Shown in pieces: positions 37,984-47,633 of a DNA stretch of 60,220 nucleotides. Under the pieces are notes generated by a model, which had not been told where the DNA came from, ran no database searches, and worked only from the letters and a program-made list of their open reading frames with translations. A program made the translations under genes and the position numbers. Positions within the stretch are counted from its first letter, which is position 1. Every line of letters starts with the position of its first letter. Origin of the DNA: Thermoplasmata archaeon. Lineage in GTDB: Archaea; Thermoplasmatota; Thermoplasmata; Thermoplasmatales; ARK-15. Location: NCBI GenBank assembly GCA_049965455.1, contig JBMFWH010000003.1, positions 1 to 60,220 on the forward strand, read 5' to 3'.

Positions 37984-38969
37984 TGGAAGAATATAACATA
38001 AACTGGAACGAAATAAGAAAAATGCTGGCGGATAAAAAGGTGAAAAAGATACTGGTACAAATGCCAGAAGGCTTGAAACAGTATTATTCCTATGTCACAG
38101 ATCAACTGCGAGAATTCGACATAGTGTTTTCTGGAGATCCTTGTTTTGGGGCATGTGACATTCCTGGTACCAGGTACGGATGCGACATGATTCTTCATTT
38201 TGGTCATTCTATCATTCCTAACCTGAAGCTTGACGTACCCATTTATTTTGTAGAGATGAGGGTAAGATTGGATATTGGGTGGATCAAGGATCAGATCAAT
38301 AAGATAAATTGCAGGAAGATAGGCTTAACGGCAACATTGCAGTACCTGGATATGTTGCCAGAACTCGCCGAGATTCTTTCGAAAAAGCATGTTGAATCGT
38401 ATATAGGCAATAGTGACCCGCGAATAACTTACAATGGACAGGTACTCGGTTGCAATTTCAGTTCTGCGCGCACCATATCTGAAAAAGTAGATTGCTATGT
38501 CATACTTAGCAATGGCGATTTTCATGCTATTGGCATTGAGATGGTGACTGGCAAGAAGGTGTACATAATTGATCCTTTGATGAGAGAGATAAGAACTGTT
38601 ACAGAAAAGGTTGATAAGATTACAAGGCAGAGATATGCAGCTATTGGAATGGTAAAGAATGCCAGCACTTTTGCACTTATAGTTTCTACCAAAGCAGGCC
38701 AGTTCAGAGGTAAATATGCAGAGCACATAAAAAAAGTTCTTGAAGAGCAAGGCAAAAAAGCATATATTGTATATTTAGATCTGTTAGACCCCGCTCAACT
38801 GTTAAACTACAATGTAGATGCATTTGTTTCTTTTGCATGTCCAAGAATCGCGATCGATGACTGGAACAGATTCAATAAGCCCATTATAACGCCAATAGAA
38901 CTTGAAATTGCGATTGGCGTAAGGGATATCAGCCTCCTGAAATTCGACGAGATTGTAAATACAGATTAA
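37980..38969 (+). CDS. dph2: Diphthamide biosynthesis protein Dph2
   Basis: QMPEG, CFGACD, GQVLGCN, ACPRI..DD. Confidence 0.93.
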   Translation: MMEEYNINWNEIRKMLADKKVKKILVQMPEGLKQYYSYVTDQLREFDIVFSGDPCFGACDIPGTRYGCDMILHFGHSIIPNLKLDVPIYFVEMRVRLDIGWIKDQINKINCRKIGLTATLQYLDMLPELAEILSKKHVESYIGNSDPRITYNGQVLGCNFSSARTISEKVDCYVILSNGDFHAIGIEMVTGKKVYIIDPLMREIRTVTEKVDKITRQRYAAIGMVKNASTFALIVSTKAGQFRGKYAEHIKKVLEEQGKKAYIVYLDLLDPAQLLNYNVDAFVSFACPRIAIDDWNRFNKPIITPIELEIAIGVRDISLLKFDEIVNTD

Positions 38970-39003
38970 TAAATTTAAATATCTCTATTATATTCTATAA
39001 ACA

Positions 39004-39618
39004 ATGGCAAATTTAGGTGTGTTAATCTCCGGTTATGGAACTAACCTCCAGTCCATAATAGATGCGGTGAAAGCTGGCAAACTTAACTGCGAGATCAAGG
39101 TTGTAATATCCAACAGGAAAGATGCTTACGGTTTAGAACGTGCCAGCATAAACAAGATCCCTTCTTTTTATATCTCACCAAAAAACAAGAGTGATGAAGA
39201 ATTTGACGAGCTAGTACTGAAAATATTAGAAGAACATAAAGTTGATCTGGTGGTACTTGCAGGATATTTAAAGATTTTGACCTCTAAATTTATAAGAAGA
39301 TATGAAAACAGAATTATAAATATACACCCCGCACTGCTTCCAGCATTTGGTGGAAAAGGGTACTATGGTGAACATGTGCACGAGGCAGTGTTGAAGGCAG
39401 GATGTAAAGTCTCTGGATGTACCGTGCACTTTGTAACAGAAGACATCGATGGAGGACCTATAATTGCTCAAACTGCCGTGAAGGTTCTTGATTCTGATAC
39501 ACCAAAGAGTCTGGCAGAAAGAATATTGCCATATGAGCATGAAACTCTGATTGTTGCACTTAAAAATCTCACTGAAAAAAAGTATATAATTAATGGAAAA
39601 AGAGTGGTTTTTTTATAA
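39004..39618 (+). CDS. purN: Phosphoribosylglycinamide formyltransferase
   Basis: SG.GTNLQS, LAGY, INIHPALLP, GCTVHFV..DGGPII. Confidence 0.94.
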   Translation: MANLGVLISGYGTNLQSIIDAVKAGKLNCEIKVVISNRKDAYGLERASINKIPSFYISPKNKSDEEFDELVLKILEEHKVDLVVLAGYLKILTSKFIRRYENRIINIHPALLPAFGGKGYYGEHVHEAVLKAGCKVSGCTVHFVTEDIDGGPIIAQTAVKVLDSDTPKSLAERILPYEHETLIVALKNLTEKKYIINGKRVVFL

Positions 39619-39777
39619 AGCATCATATTTTTCTTGAAGCTCTGAGCTCAAATTTTCCAGCACTTCGTCCAGATTCTCGCTTTCTATGCTCACTACTTCT
39701 CCGCTCTGTAACGTAATTCTTGCAATAAATATGTCTCCGTCCCTTACAACTTCAACTTCAAACAACTTTGTTGACAT
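39613..39777 (-). CDS. Small acidic hypothetical protein (54 aa); absent from ORF track
   Basis: MSTKLFEVEVVRDGDIFIARITLQSGEVVSIESENLDEVLENLSSELQEKYDAL; AGGTGA SD upstream; stop overlaps purN end. Confidence 0.7.
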   Translation of the reverse strand: MSTKLFEVEVVRDGDIFIARITLQSGEVVSIESENLDEVLENLSSELQEKYDAL

Positions 39778-39845
39778 AAAAGTTTCACCTTTTTTGTAGT
39801 AGTTTCGGCATTTGTAATCTACTATATAAAAATTTTCGTTTTTCA

Positions 39846-40000
39846 GGTCTTGTCAAATCTTCGTTGATAAATACGTATTATTTCATTTTGTCGAAGGCAT
39901 AGCTTTTATCTGGATCATTTAATTTGAATATTTTTTGAAATATGTGTAGTATGATAACTGATGCTATTTTTAATATTTTCAACGAAAAATTGACAGTATC
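39846..40000. mobile_element. MITE family B, copy 2 (155 bp)
   Basis: Inverted copy of 14107-14262; perfect 8-bp TSD GTTTTTCA at 39838-39845 and 40001-40008. Confidence 0.92.
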
Positions 40001-40142
40001 GTTTTTCACGATGTATCTTTATTTTTATGAAATTATATTTATATATTTACATCTTACAGCAAAGTTAAATTAGTAAGTTTTTATTACATCATAAAGATAT
40101 AAATATATGGAAAAATAGATATATTTGAAAAAGTTATTAGGC

Positions 40143-40526
40143 ATGATTAAAATGAAAAGCAGCACAGTCATGGGAGCAATTATTGCGATAGTACTGACAT
40201 TGTTTGCACTACTATTATTCTATTATCTCATAATATCCAACACTGATAAATTAGTTGCTGGTGTTTACATTGGCATACTGGCCTTGGCATTCTCTCTCAT
40301 CGGGTATATATTATATGCTTTTATAGGCACAAACACAGTATTAAAAAGCTTTGTATGGGGGTACTATATTTTCGGGTTCGGAACACTTTTTTATGCCAAT
40401 ACGGTAATAAAGTTCAGTTTTCCATATCTATTAATACTACTTTTGATTTTCGTAATTTCTCTGGTATTAATATACTGGAGATTAAGGTCTTTGGAAAGTG
40501 TAAAAAGAAGCCGAGGTGCAAAATAA
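40143..40526 (+). CDS. Four-TM hypothetical membrane protein
   Basis: Four hydrophobic segments and a basic C-tail; first gene of operon; start uncertain (40125/40143/40152). Confidence 0.75.
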   Translation: MIKMKSSTVMGAIIAIVLTLFALLLFYYLIISNTDKLVAGVYIGILALAFSLIGYILYAFIGTNTVLKSFVWGYYIFGFGTLFYANTVIKFSFPYLLILLLIFVISLVLIYWRLRSLESVKRSRGAK

Positions 40527-40527
40527 T

Positions 40528-41058
40528 ATGGCAGATATAAGAGATCAGGTCGAAGATAGCAGAGGCGTTTTAAAGAAGTTGCAGTTATTAATACCGGGAT
40601 ATTCAGGGTACAGGAAATTAGAGGATATAAGAGAAGCTGATAATTATCTTAGAATCCAGATTGCAAATAAAATGCATGAAAACATAAACAGCCTTCAGGA
40701 TTTAAGAAAAATGCTTGTGGACAGAGGATTATATGCCGGATTATCTCAGTTTCAGGCACTGTTCTCTGAAATCCAGCAGTTGGAAGGAGCGATAAGACAT
40801 GCACAGCAAGGATACTCGGGAATCTCTCCGCCTATACGAATTACGGCGGATAATCTTAATGCTATGTATGAATATGATTATAATTTTATAGCGCAAGCAG
40901 ACACCTTAAATAATGAGATAAAAGAGCTTGTGAATGCGGTGATGAGCGGAAACACTCAGGATAGCTATGCAAAGCTGCAATCTGTATCAGGCGCTATAAA
41001 GGATCTGAGAGATAAGTTTAATGAGAGAATGATAGTAATACAAGGCATAAAAGTGTAA
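40528..41058 (+). CDS. Helical hypothetical protein (IPGYSGY..E..R..D..LR motif)
   Basis: GAGGTG SD before ATG 40528; amphipathic helices. Confidence 0.8.
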   Translation: MADIRDQVEDSRGVLKKLQLLIPGYSGYRKLEDIREADNYLRIQIANKMHENINSLQDLRKMLVDRGLYAGLSQFQALFSEIQQLEGAIRHAQQGYSGISPPIRITADNLNAMYEYDYNFIAQADTLNNEIKELVNAVMSGNTQDSYAKLQSVSGAIKDLRDKFNERMIVIQGIKV

Positions 41059-41073
41059 ACGGAGGAATATCTT

Positions 41074-42225
41074 ATGTTTAAAAAGCAGGCGCAGGTAGGA
41101 AGCGGAGATAGCGTAATAGGTGCTACAACAATAATATGGGAAGATCAATACAAAGAAGCCAATATCATGTGGAAAGTTCCAAGAAATATCAGGCTAAATG
41201 ATAACATTGTAGTAAGAGAAGATGAGATTGCTGTTTTTTTCAGGGATGGTAAAGTATTAACTTATTTTGACAAGCCAGACCGATATGCGTTGACGTCTCT
41301 GAACGCTCCGGTCGTAGGAAAACTGGTCCAATTTTTGTCAGGAGTGCAGCAGCAAGCTGAAGTTTATTATCTTCAGCGCAGGTTTCTGGATGGCAAGTTT
41401 GGCAGTAAAGAACCGTACATATTCAATGACCAAGATTTTGGCATAGTAAATCTGCGGGTCTTTGGAGAGTATAGATATAGGGTCTCTCACCCAGAGAATT
41501 TTATAAACCAGTTTGTGGGCACTTTCAATGCTGAAACCTCTGCAGACGTGGAATCAAGAATGAAAGATCAGATGGTAATATTGGTATATGATACATTAGG
41601 AAAGATGAAGGCGCAGGGATTGAAAGTCACAGACCTGGCCGCGAACCTGACTAACATAGAGCAGGCTGTGCTTGCAAATTCAACTGCGCATTTTGACCAG
41701 TATGGGTTGGAGATCAACAAGATATCCGGATTATCCATAAATTTGCCGGATGAAGTGCAAAAAGCAATTGATCTCAGGTCCCAGATGTCAGTTCTGGGAG
41801 TTAACTATATGCAATATCAGGCCGGTCAGGCAATGGTAGATGCTGCGAAGAATCCAAGTGGAGGTGCAGGTGCCATGACGGGACTGGGTGTAGGGTTAGG
41901 GGCTGGAATGGGTGTAGGAGGTATGATGTCCGGGCAGATGTATCAGCAACAAAATCAGAAAAAGTGCATTAAATGTGGGGCCATGATAGACGCTAATGCA
42001 AGATTCTGTCCTGTGTGTGGTGCGGATCAGACACAGGCACAGGCCCAACCAGCAGCAACAATTACCTGTCCTAACTGCAAAGCGGTAGTACCCGCAGGCA
42101 CGAAATTCTGTCCAAACTGCGGCGCGAAATTGTCAGGTACCATCACCTGCTCCAACTGTCATGCAGAAGTTCCGGCAGGCACAAAATTCTGTCCTAACTG
42201 TGGCTATAAAATTTCAGGAGCGTGA
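41074..42225 (+). CDS. SPFH (Band 7, YdjI-like) domain protein with three zinc ribbons
   Basis: VVREDEIAVFFRDGK, LRVFGEY, AA.NP.GGAG..G.G.G.G linker, six CxxC. Confidence 0.88.
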   Translation: MFKKQAQVGSGDSVIGATTIIWEDQYKEANIMWKVPRNIRLNDNIVVREDEIAVFFRDGKVLTYFDKPDRYALTSLNAPVVGKLVQFLSGVQQQAEVYYLQRRFLDGKFGSKEPYIFNDQDFGIVNLRVFGEYRYRVSHPENFINQFVGTFNAETSADVESRMKDQMVILVYDTLGKMKAQGLKVTDLAANLTNIEQAVLANSTAHFDQYGLEINKISGLSINLPDEVQKAIDLRSQMSVLGVNYMQYQAGQAMVDAAKNPSGGAGAMTGLGVGLGAGMGVGGMMSGQMYQQQNQKKCIKCGAMIDANARFCPVCGADQTQAQAQPAATITCPNCKAVVPAGTKFCPNCGAKLSGTITCSNCHAEVPAGTKFCPNCGYKISGA

Positions 42226-43178
42226 AAAACGTGATATACTGTAGTAAATGTGGAGCACAATTACCAGATGATGCACAATTCTGCTACAAATGCGGCACAA
42301 AAGTTACAACGCCTGCTCAGCAGGCAGAATCAAAACCAGCTGAAGAGCCACACATACTCAAAGAGATGAAATGCCCAAACTGCGGTGCACCATTTTCTCC
42401 GAAGTTTGGAGAGATGATAATTACCTGTGAATACTGTGGCAGCTCGATTACGCTTTCTAATGAGGGTTGGAAACAGATACAGAGCCATACAATGTTGCCT
42501 CCAAAGACACTTGACAACAATCAGGTCATAGAGGTAGTGAAGGAATGGATGGACAAGGGCATATTTCACAAGCATGTGGCTGAGCACTCCGAGTTGAAGG
42601 AGATCTCCGTGAGCATGGTGCCATACTGGATAATACCAGCAACTGCAACCACTAACTATGTGGCATCAGAGACAGGAGAAAGCGTAGCCACGACAGTGGG
42701 TACAATGGTCGCTGCTGCGGCGTTGAGCAGTGCGGTAAGTCGTGGCCGTGGGCCGATACTGGCGGTAGGTGCGCCTGTAGATATAAAAAAGAGCTATACG
42801 ATACATGGAGAGTACCAGTATCCGGTGGTCGCGGTTAAAGGATACCAGCAATATCAAGCGTTAGATTATCAATTTGATATACAGAACAGAGCATTATTTG
42901 ACACTACCAAGATACCAAAAAACATAAAAGTCTTGAATGGAGATCTGGGTGAGGAGGCTGCCAAAAATTCTGCAAAAGGTTATATAAATCAGCTGCAGGA
43001 TAAAAAAGCACATTCACAGCATCACATGATCCAGTCAATACAGACTACTGTAAATGTTTCAGACGGCGAGTTAATGCATGTGCCTATCTGGGTGTTGAAG
43101 TTCCTGTACAAGGAAAAAGAGACAATGGTATTTACGTTAGACGGTAACTCATTAAAAGTAATGCAGGAAATTAAATAG
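42222..43178 (+). CDS. Zinc-ribbon domain protein (YdjG-like)
   Basis: CSKCG..FCYKCG, CPNCGA..CEYCG, VPYW, HVPIW..Y, LDGNS. Confidence 0.8.
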   Translation: MKNVIYCSKCGAQLPDDAQFCYKCGTKVTTPAQQAESKPAEEPHILKEMKCPNCGAPFSPKFGEMIITCEYCGSSITLSNEGWKQIQSHTMLPPKTLDNNQVIEVVKEWMDKGIFHKHVAEHSELKEISVSMVPYWIIPATATTNYVASETGESVATTVGTMVAAAALSSAVSRGRGPILAVGAPVDIKKSYTIHGEYQYPVVAVKGYQQYQALDYQFDIQNRALFDTTKIPKNIKVLNGDLGEEAAKNSAKGYINQLQDKKAHSQHHMIQSIQTTVNVSDGELMHVPIWVLKFLYKEKETMVFTLDGNSLKVMQEIK

Positions 43179-43213
43179 AAACTATTAAATAATTTCTTTT
43201 TATTCTTTTTCCT

Positions 43214-44524
43214 ATGTTTATAGATCCTTGGTCATCACAGCAGTTTATTGATTATAACAGGCTTAGAAGAGAGTTTGGAATAGAAGAGTTTGATTTTAAG
43301 CTACCAGATCCTCAAAAACTGTTCAGGAGAAATATAATATTCGGGCACAGAGGATTTGATACCGTTTACGACGCAATAACCAATCACCGTAAGTTTGCGG
43401 TATTAACAGGGTTGATGCCGTCTGGAAAGATGCATTTTGGTCATAAGATGACGATTGATCAGGTAATTTACTATCAATCTTTAGGTGCGGATATCTACAT
43501 TGCAGTTGCAGATCTAGAAGCATATGCTACACGTGGTAAAAGTTTCAAAGAAACTCTGAAAATCGCGGAAGAAGAGTATTTTTTAAATTATATTGCCCTA
43601 GGGCTAAAACCAGGACGTTCACAGATCTATTTTCAATCGCTCAGAAAGGATGTTACGGATCTAGCATTTATTTTTTCAAAGAGAACCAACATTTCCGAGA
43701 TGAAAGGCATTTACGGGTTTAAGGATGAAACCTCACTAGCACACATCGAAAGCCCGTTAATACAGTCAGGAGACATCCTGCATGTTCAGCTGGACAAATA
43801 CTCAGGTCCGATCCCGACAGTGGTGCCAGTGGGCATAGACCAGGATCCGCACATAAGGTTGGCCAGGGAGTTTACGAGAAGACTCAGTTTTTTCAGCGTT
43901 CAGCAAACTGATAACGGGCTTGGAATTTTCATAAAGCAAGATAATAACGTTGCAGAGCTTCTAAATACTGTATCTGAGAACCTTAAGAATATCGGTATTA
44001 AAGAGATTGAATTAAACATACCATACAAGGCACTTTACATAAAAAACTTTGATCTGGCAAAGCAGCATGTAATCGAAAAAGAGCTATTAAAGATAGAAAA
44101 GCAAGAAGGTGGCTACGGTTTTTATCTTCCTGCTGCCACGTATCATAGGCTGATGACATCCCTTGATGGCACCAGAAAAATGTCTTCTTCAGTTCCAGAA
44201 TCATATATATCCCTAAGTGAAGAGCCTGCAGACGTAAAGAGAAAGATGATGAATGCCAAAACCGGCGGGGGCTCAACAATTGAAGAGCATCGTAAATTTG
44301 GAGGAAAACCTGAAGAATGTTCAGTATACGAATATTATGTTTATCATCTGGTGGATGATGACAATTATTTAAAAGAGGTACATGACACTTGCAAAGCTGG
44401 CACTAGACTTTGCGGAAACTGTAAAAAAGAAGCTATTGAAAAAATTAACATGTTTCTGAAAGACTTAAAGGAAAAAAGAGAGGCTGCGAAAGAAGAACTT
44501 GACAAATATGTGAGATTTAACTGA
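43214..44524 (+). CDS. trpS: Tryptophan--tRNA ligase
   Basis: IDPW, GLMPSG.MHFGH, VGIDQDPH, KMSSS, CGNCK. Confidence 0.95.
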   Translation: MFIDPWSSQQFIDYNRLRREFGIEEFDFKLPDPQKLFRRNIIFGHRGFDTVYDAITNHRKFAVLTGLMPSGKMHFGHKMTIDQVIYYQSLGADIYIAVADLEAYATRGKSFKETLKIAEEEYFLNYIALGLKPGRSQIYFQSLRKDVTDLAFIFSKRTNISEMKGIYGFKDETSLAHIESPLIQSGDILHVQLDKYSGPIPTVVPVGIDQDPHIRLAREFTRRLSFFSVQQTDNGLGIFIKQDNNVAELLNTVSENLKNIGIKEIELNIPYKALYIKNFDLAKQHVIEKELLKIEKQEGGYGFYLPAATYHRLMTSLDGTRKMSSSVPESYISLSEEPADVKRKMMNAKTGGGSTIEEHRKFGGKPEECSVYEYYVYHLVDDDNYLKEVHDTCKAGTRLCGNCKKEAIEKINMFLKDLKEKREAAKEELDKYVRFN

Positions 44525-45725
44525 TTATCTCATATTTGATGTTATTTTCGCTGAAAAACGATTCAAGTGACTTAATATGATAGGTGCCTAAAGTTTGAAG
44601 CGTGATTATGATCTTTACCATTCCTACTGGCACATCTCTATCGAGTCTGTTTCCCTCTATAGCCTGCACATTCGCTTTTAAGTTAGCGATAAAGTTTAGG
44701 ATATCCTTTAAAGCGCCTGGATGGTCTGGTATAATCATTGAAACCCGTGTTAAAAGCTTCTCTTCTGTCAACCCCTTTTCTATGATCTGGGTCAACAAGC
44801 TTAAGTTTACGTTACCGCCGCTGATAAGAGCGCAGATGTTCTTATTTTTAAGATTGATCTTACCTGATAAGAGCGCTGCCAAGGTAACTGCCCCCGCAGG
44901 TTCTGCTATGATTTTGCCACGGCTCAAGAGCATGTAAATGGCCCTAGATATCTCTTCGTCGCTAACAGAAACCAGCGCATCCACATATTTTTTGACAAGC
45001 TCAAAAGTGATATCTCCGGGCGTTTTTACGGCAATACCGTCTGCAATAGTGTCCAGGTTTTTGAGGGGAATGATCTGGTTGTGTTCAACCGAGATCTTCA
45101 TGGATTGAGCACCTTCTGCCTCCACGCCTATTACTTTGATGTTTTTGTTAAGCGATTTAAGAGCCAGCGCAATACCAGATATCAATCCTCCGCCGCCAAT
45201 GGGCACTAATACTACATCAAGATCCTTTACCTGCTCGTATATCTCTATTCCTATGGTTCCCTGTCCGGCTATTAATAGCTCATCATTAAATGGGTGTATG
45301 AATTTCTTGTTTTCATTGTTGGCAAAAGCAATGGCTTCTTTGTACGCATCATCATATGTGTTGCCTACTAACCTTACTTCCGCACCGTAACTTTTTGTGG
45401 CGATCACTTTCATGGGAGGCGTGAATACAGGCATGAATATCGTGGATGATATTCCCAAGGATGTTGCAGAATAAGCAACTCCCTGTGCATGATTGCCTGC
45501 ACTGGAAGCAACCACCCCTCTCTTCTTTTCTTCTGGTGTTAGGGTTTTAAGCCTATAATAAGCACCCCTGAGTTTAAAAGAGCCGGTAGTCTGTAAATTT
45601 TCCAGTTTCAGGTAAATATTATTGCCCGTAAGCTCTGAAAATATTCTAGAATGTTCGACAGGAGTGTGTTTAACTACATTTTTCAAAGCCTGTTCCGCTT
45701 TTCTGATATCATCAAACTGAATCAT
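44517..45725 (-). CDS. ilvA: Threonine ammonia-lyase with C-terminal ACT domain
   Basis: KLENLQTTGSFKLRGA, SAGNHAQG, GGGGLISG. Confidence 0.93.
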   Translation of the reverse strand: MIQFDDIRKAEQALKNVVKHTPVEHSRIFSELTGNNIYLKLENLQTTGSFKLRGAYYRLKTLTPEEKKRGVVASSAGNHAQGVAYSATSLGISSTIFMPVFTPPMKVIATKSYGAEVRLVGNTYDDAYKEAIAFANNENKKFIHPFNDELLIAGQGTIGIEIYEQVKDLDVVLVPIGGGGLISGIALALKSLNKNIKVIGVEAEGAQSMKISVEHNQIIPLKNLDTIADGIAVKTPGDITFELVKKYVDALVSVSDEEISRAIYMLLSRGKIIAEPAGAVTLAALLSGKINLKNKNICALISGGNVNLSLLTQIIEKGLTEEKLLTRVSMIIPDHPGALKDILNFIANLKANVQAIEGNRLDRDVPVGMVKIIITLQTLGTYHIKSLESFFSENNIKYEIIS

Positions 45726-45726
45726 G

Positions 45727-46014
45727 TTAATCAAGTCCGTTCAAAAAATCTAAGCCGGTAATTCCGTCTTTAAATCCCATCTTCTGCGCAGGTTCAGAAA
45801 ATTCAGAGATCTTTGCATTAAGCATATCTTCAAAGTTTTTAACGCCGGTAACTCTTGCAGCAACATCGCCGAGTTTTGAAGAAACGCCCAGGTTCAGATA
45901 TCCGCACATAAGATATCCTTTTTCAGCTTTAATGATCAGCAAAGGTGCATGGTCCAGCTCCAATTTTATGCCTAATGCCGTCTTATTTTTTAGTTTGATC
46001 TGTTCGATTATCAT
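45727..46014 (-). CDS. YunC/DUF1805 family protein
   Basis: GYLMCGYLN, AARVTGV..FEDML. Confidence 0.88.
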   Translation of the reverse strand: MIIEQIKLKNKTALGIKLELDHAPLLIIKAEKGYLMCGYLNLGVSSKLGDVAARVTGVKNFEDMLNAKISEFSEPAQKMGFKDGITGLDFLNGLD

Positions 46015-46182
46015 TTTGAACTTGAATGTTGATAAAATATTTAAAATTTTACAGTAATTACGCAAAAAATACGATTTTTTCTTAACTTATCGTAAATTTA
46101 AAATTATTCTTTAAATATTAAGAATTGAATATTAGAAATTCTTATATACTTGATTTTATATATATATATTCAGGTGAATTAT

Positions 46183-46539
46183 ATGATTGAATTCACAAAA
46201 GATGATGAAGAGCTGGTAAACTTTCTTGTGTCTGCTGGCATCAAGAAGAATATCGGCAAAACAATATCCTATTTACGAAAGGTGCAAGAAACCACGTCTG
46301 TAGAGATAGAACGAGCTACGGGGCTAAGACAGCCAGAAGTATCTATCGCTATGCAGTGGTTGGAGAAAAAGCAATGGATCATAAAAAGAGACATTAAGAA
46401 AGAGGGGAAAGGCAGACCTGTTTTCGGGTACAGATTAGCCAAGCCCTTCAAAGAGATCATTGAAGATATAGAAAGAGACCTGAAATCCAAAATAGATCTC
46501 GTAGATTCTAATATTGCAGGTCTAAAGAAATTTCTCTAA
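46183..46539 (+). CDS. Winged-helix transcriptional regulator (archaeal ArsR/TrmB-like)
   Basis: EIERATGLRQPEVSIAM, GKGRP. Confidence 0.85.
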   Translation: MIEFTKDDEELVNFLVSAGIKKNIGKTISYLRKVQETTSVEIERATGLRQPEVSIAMQWLEKKQWIIKRDIKKEGKGRPVFGYRLAKPFKEIIEDIERDLKSKIDLVDSNIAGLKKFL

Positions 46540-46544
46540 TCTTT

Positions 46545-47162
46545 TTATTTTTGCCACGCTTTATAGGCCCGGTACCCGATATATAGTATTACTGCGATAG
46601 CTACTGCATAAACTACATAATCTAGCTCACTGAAAAACCTGAAAATCACAACCCAATTTTTTCCAAGCATAAAGCCGAGATACACAAGAACTATGCTCCA
46701 TATTAATGATCCTAGAGTGGTGTAAGTGGCAAATTTGAAGATGTTCATCTCTCCAATTCCTGCCGGGATAGAGATAAAAGTCCTGAATATCGGTACCAGG
46801 CGCGTCACGAATACGGAGATAGATCCATACTTTTTAAACCAATTTTCCACAACTGAAAGTTCCTGCTCTCTTACCATTATATATCGCCCAAACTTTATAA
46901 TAAACGGCCTGCCACCATAATAGCCAATTGCGTAGCTGATCAGAGACCCTGCCAATCCCCCTAACGTGCCTGCCAGTATAGCTAGGATCATGTTCATCGA
47001 TCCTCTGTAAACCAGATACCCTGCAAATGGCAATATTACCTCTGAGGGAATCGGCAGGAGCATGCTCTCTAAGGTCATTAAACTAAAAATGCCAAAATAG
47101 CCACCATATTCTAAAAAAGAGATTATTTGAGTTATAAACCATGATACAATTGAAAAAGACAT
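46545..47162 (-). CDS. DedA family membrane protein
   Basis: LES..PIPSEVILPFAG, R..P..RTFISIPAG. Confidence 0.92.
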   Translation of the reverse strand: MSFSIVSWFITQIISFLEYGGYFGIFSLMTLESMLLPIPSEVILPFAGYLVYRGSMNMILAILAGTLGGLAGSLISYAIGYYGGRPFIIKFGRYIMVREQELSVVENWFKKYGSISVFVTRLVPIFRTFISIPAGIGEMNIFKFATYTTLGSLIWSIVLVYLGFMLGKNWVVIFRFFSELDYVVYAVAIAVILYIGYRAYKAWQK

Positions 47163-47176
47163 TTAAATGATCCCTG

Positions 47177-47626
47177 TTAATAGTCCCTCTCTATTTCTAA
47201 AATCTCGGAATGGATCAGTCCTTCTTTCCTGAGCTTTGCGTGCTCTTTCATCATGCATCGATCCATGACCACTTCAATGCCGTTTTTCCTGGCTAATTCA
47301 GCCGCTTTGTCGTTAATAATACCTTCCTGCAACCATAACACTTTTACTTTCTTTTTTATAATGTCGTCTATCACATCATTAACGCGCTCAGAAGGCAAGA
47401 ACACTTCAGCCACATCAATATCGACAGGAATATCCATGATGGACTTATATGATTTTAATCCTGCAATTTCGTCTGCAGTGGGGTTGACAGGATAGCAGGC
47501 ATAACCATGCCTCATCAAGTATCTCATGACCGATCTGCTCGGCTTTTTTGGATCTTTGGATGCTCCTATAACAGCTATAGTCTTTGTATTTTTTAATATT
47601 GTTAAAAAATCCTCCATGCTTATCAC
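47177..47626 (-). CDS. CoA-binding protein (YccU-like)
   Basis: IAVIGAS, PVNP, WLQEG, VVMDRC. Confidence 0.9.
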   Translation of the reverse strand: MISMEDFLTILKNTKTIAVIGASKDPKKPSRSVMRYLMRHGYACYPVNPTADEIAGLKSYKSIMDIPVDIDVAEVFLPSERVNDVIDDIIKKKVKVLWLQEGIINDKAAELARKNGIEVVMDRCMMKEHAKLRKEGLIHSEILEIERDY

Positions 47627-47633
47627 AAAAAAA

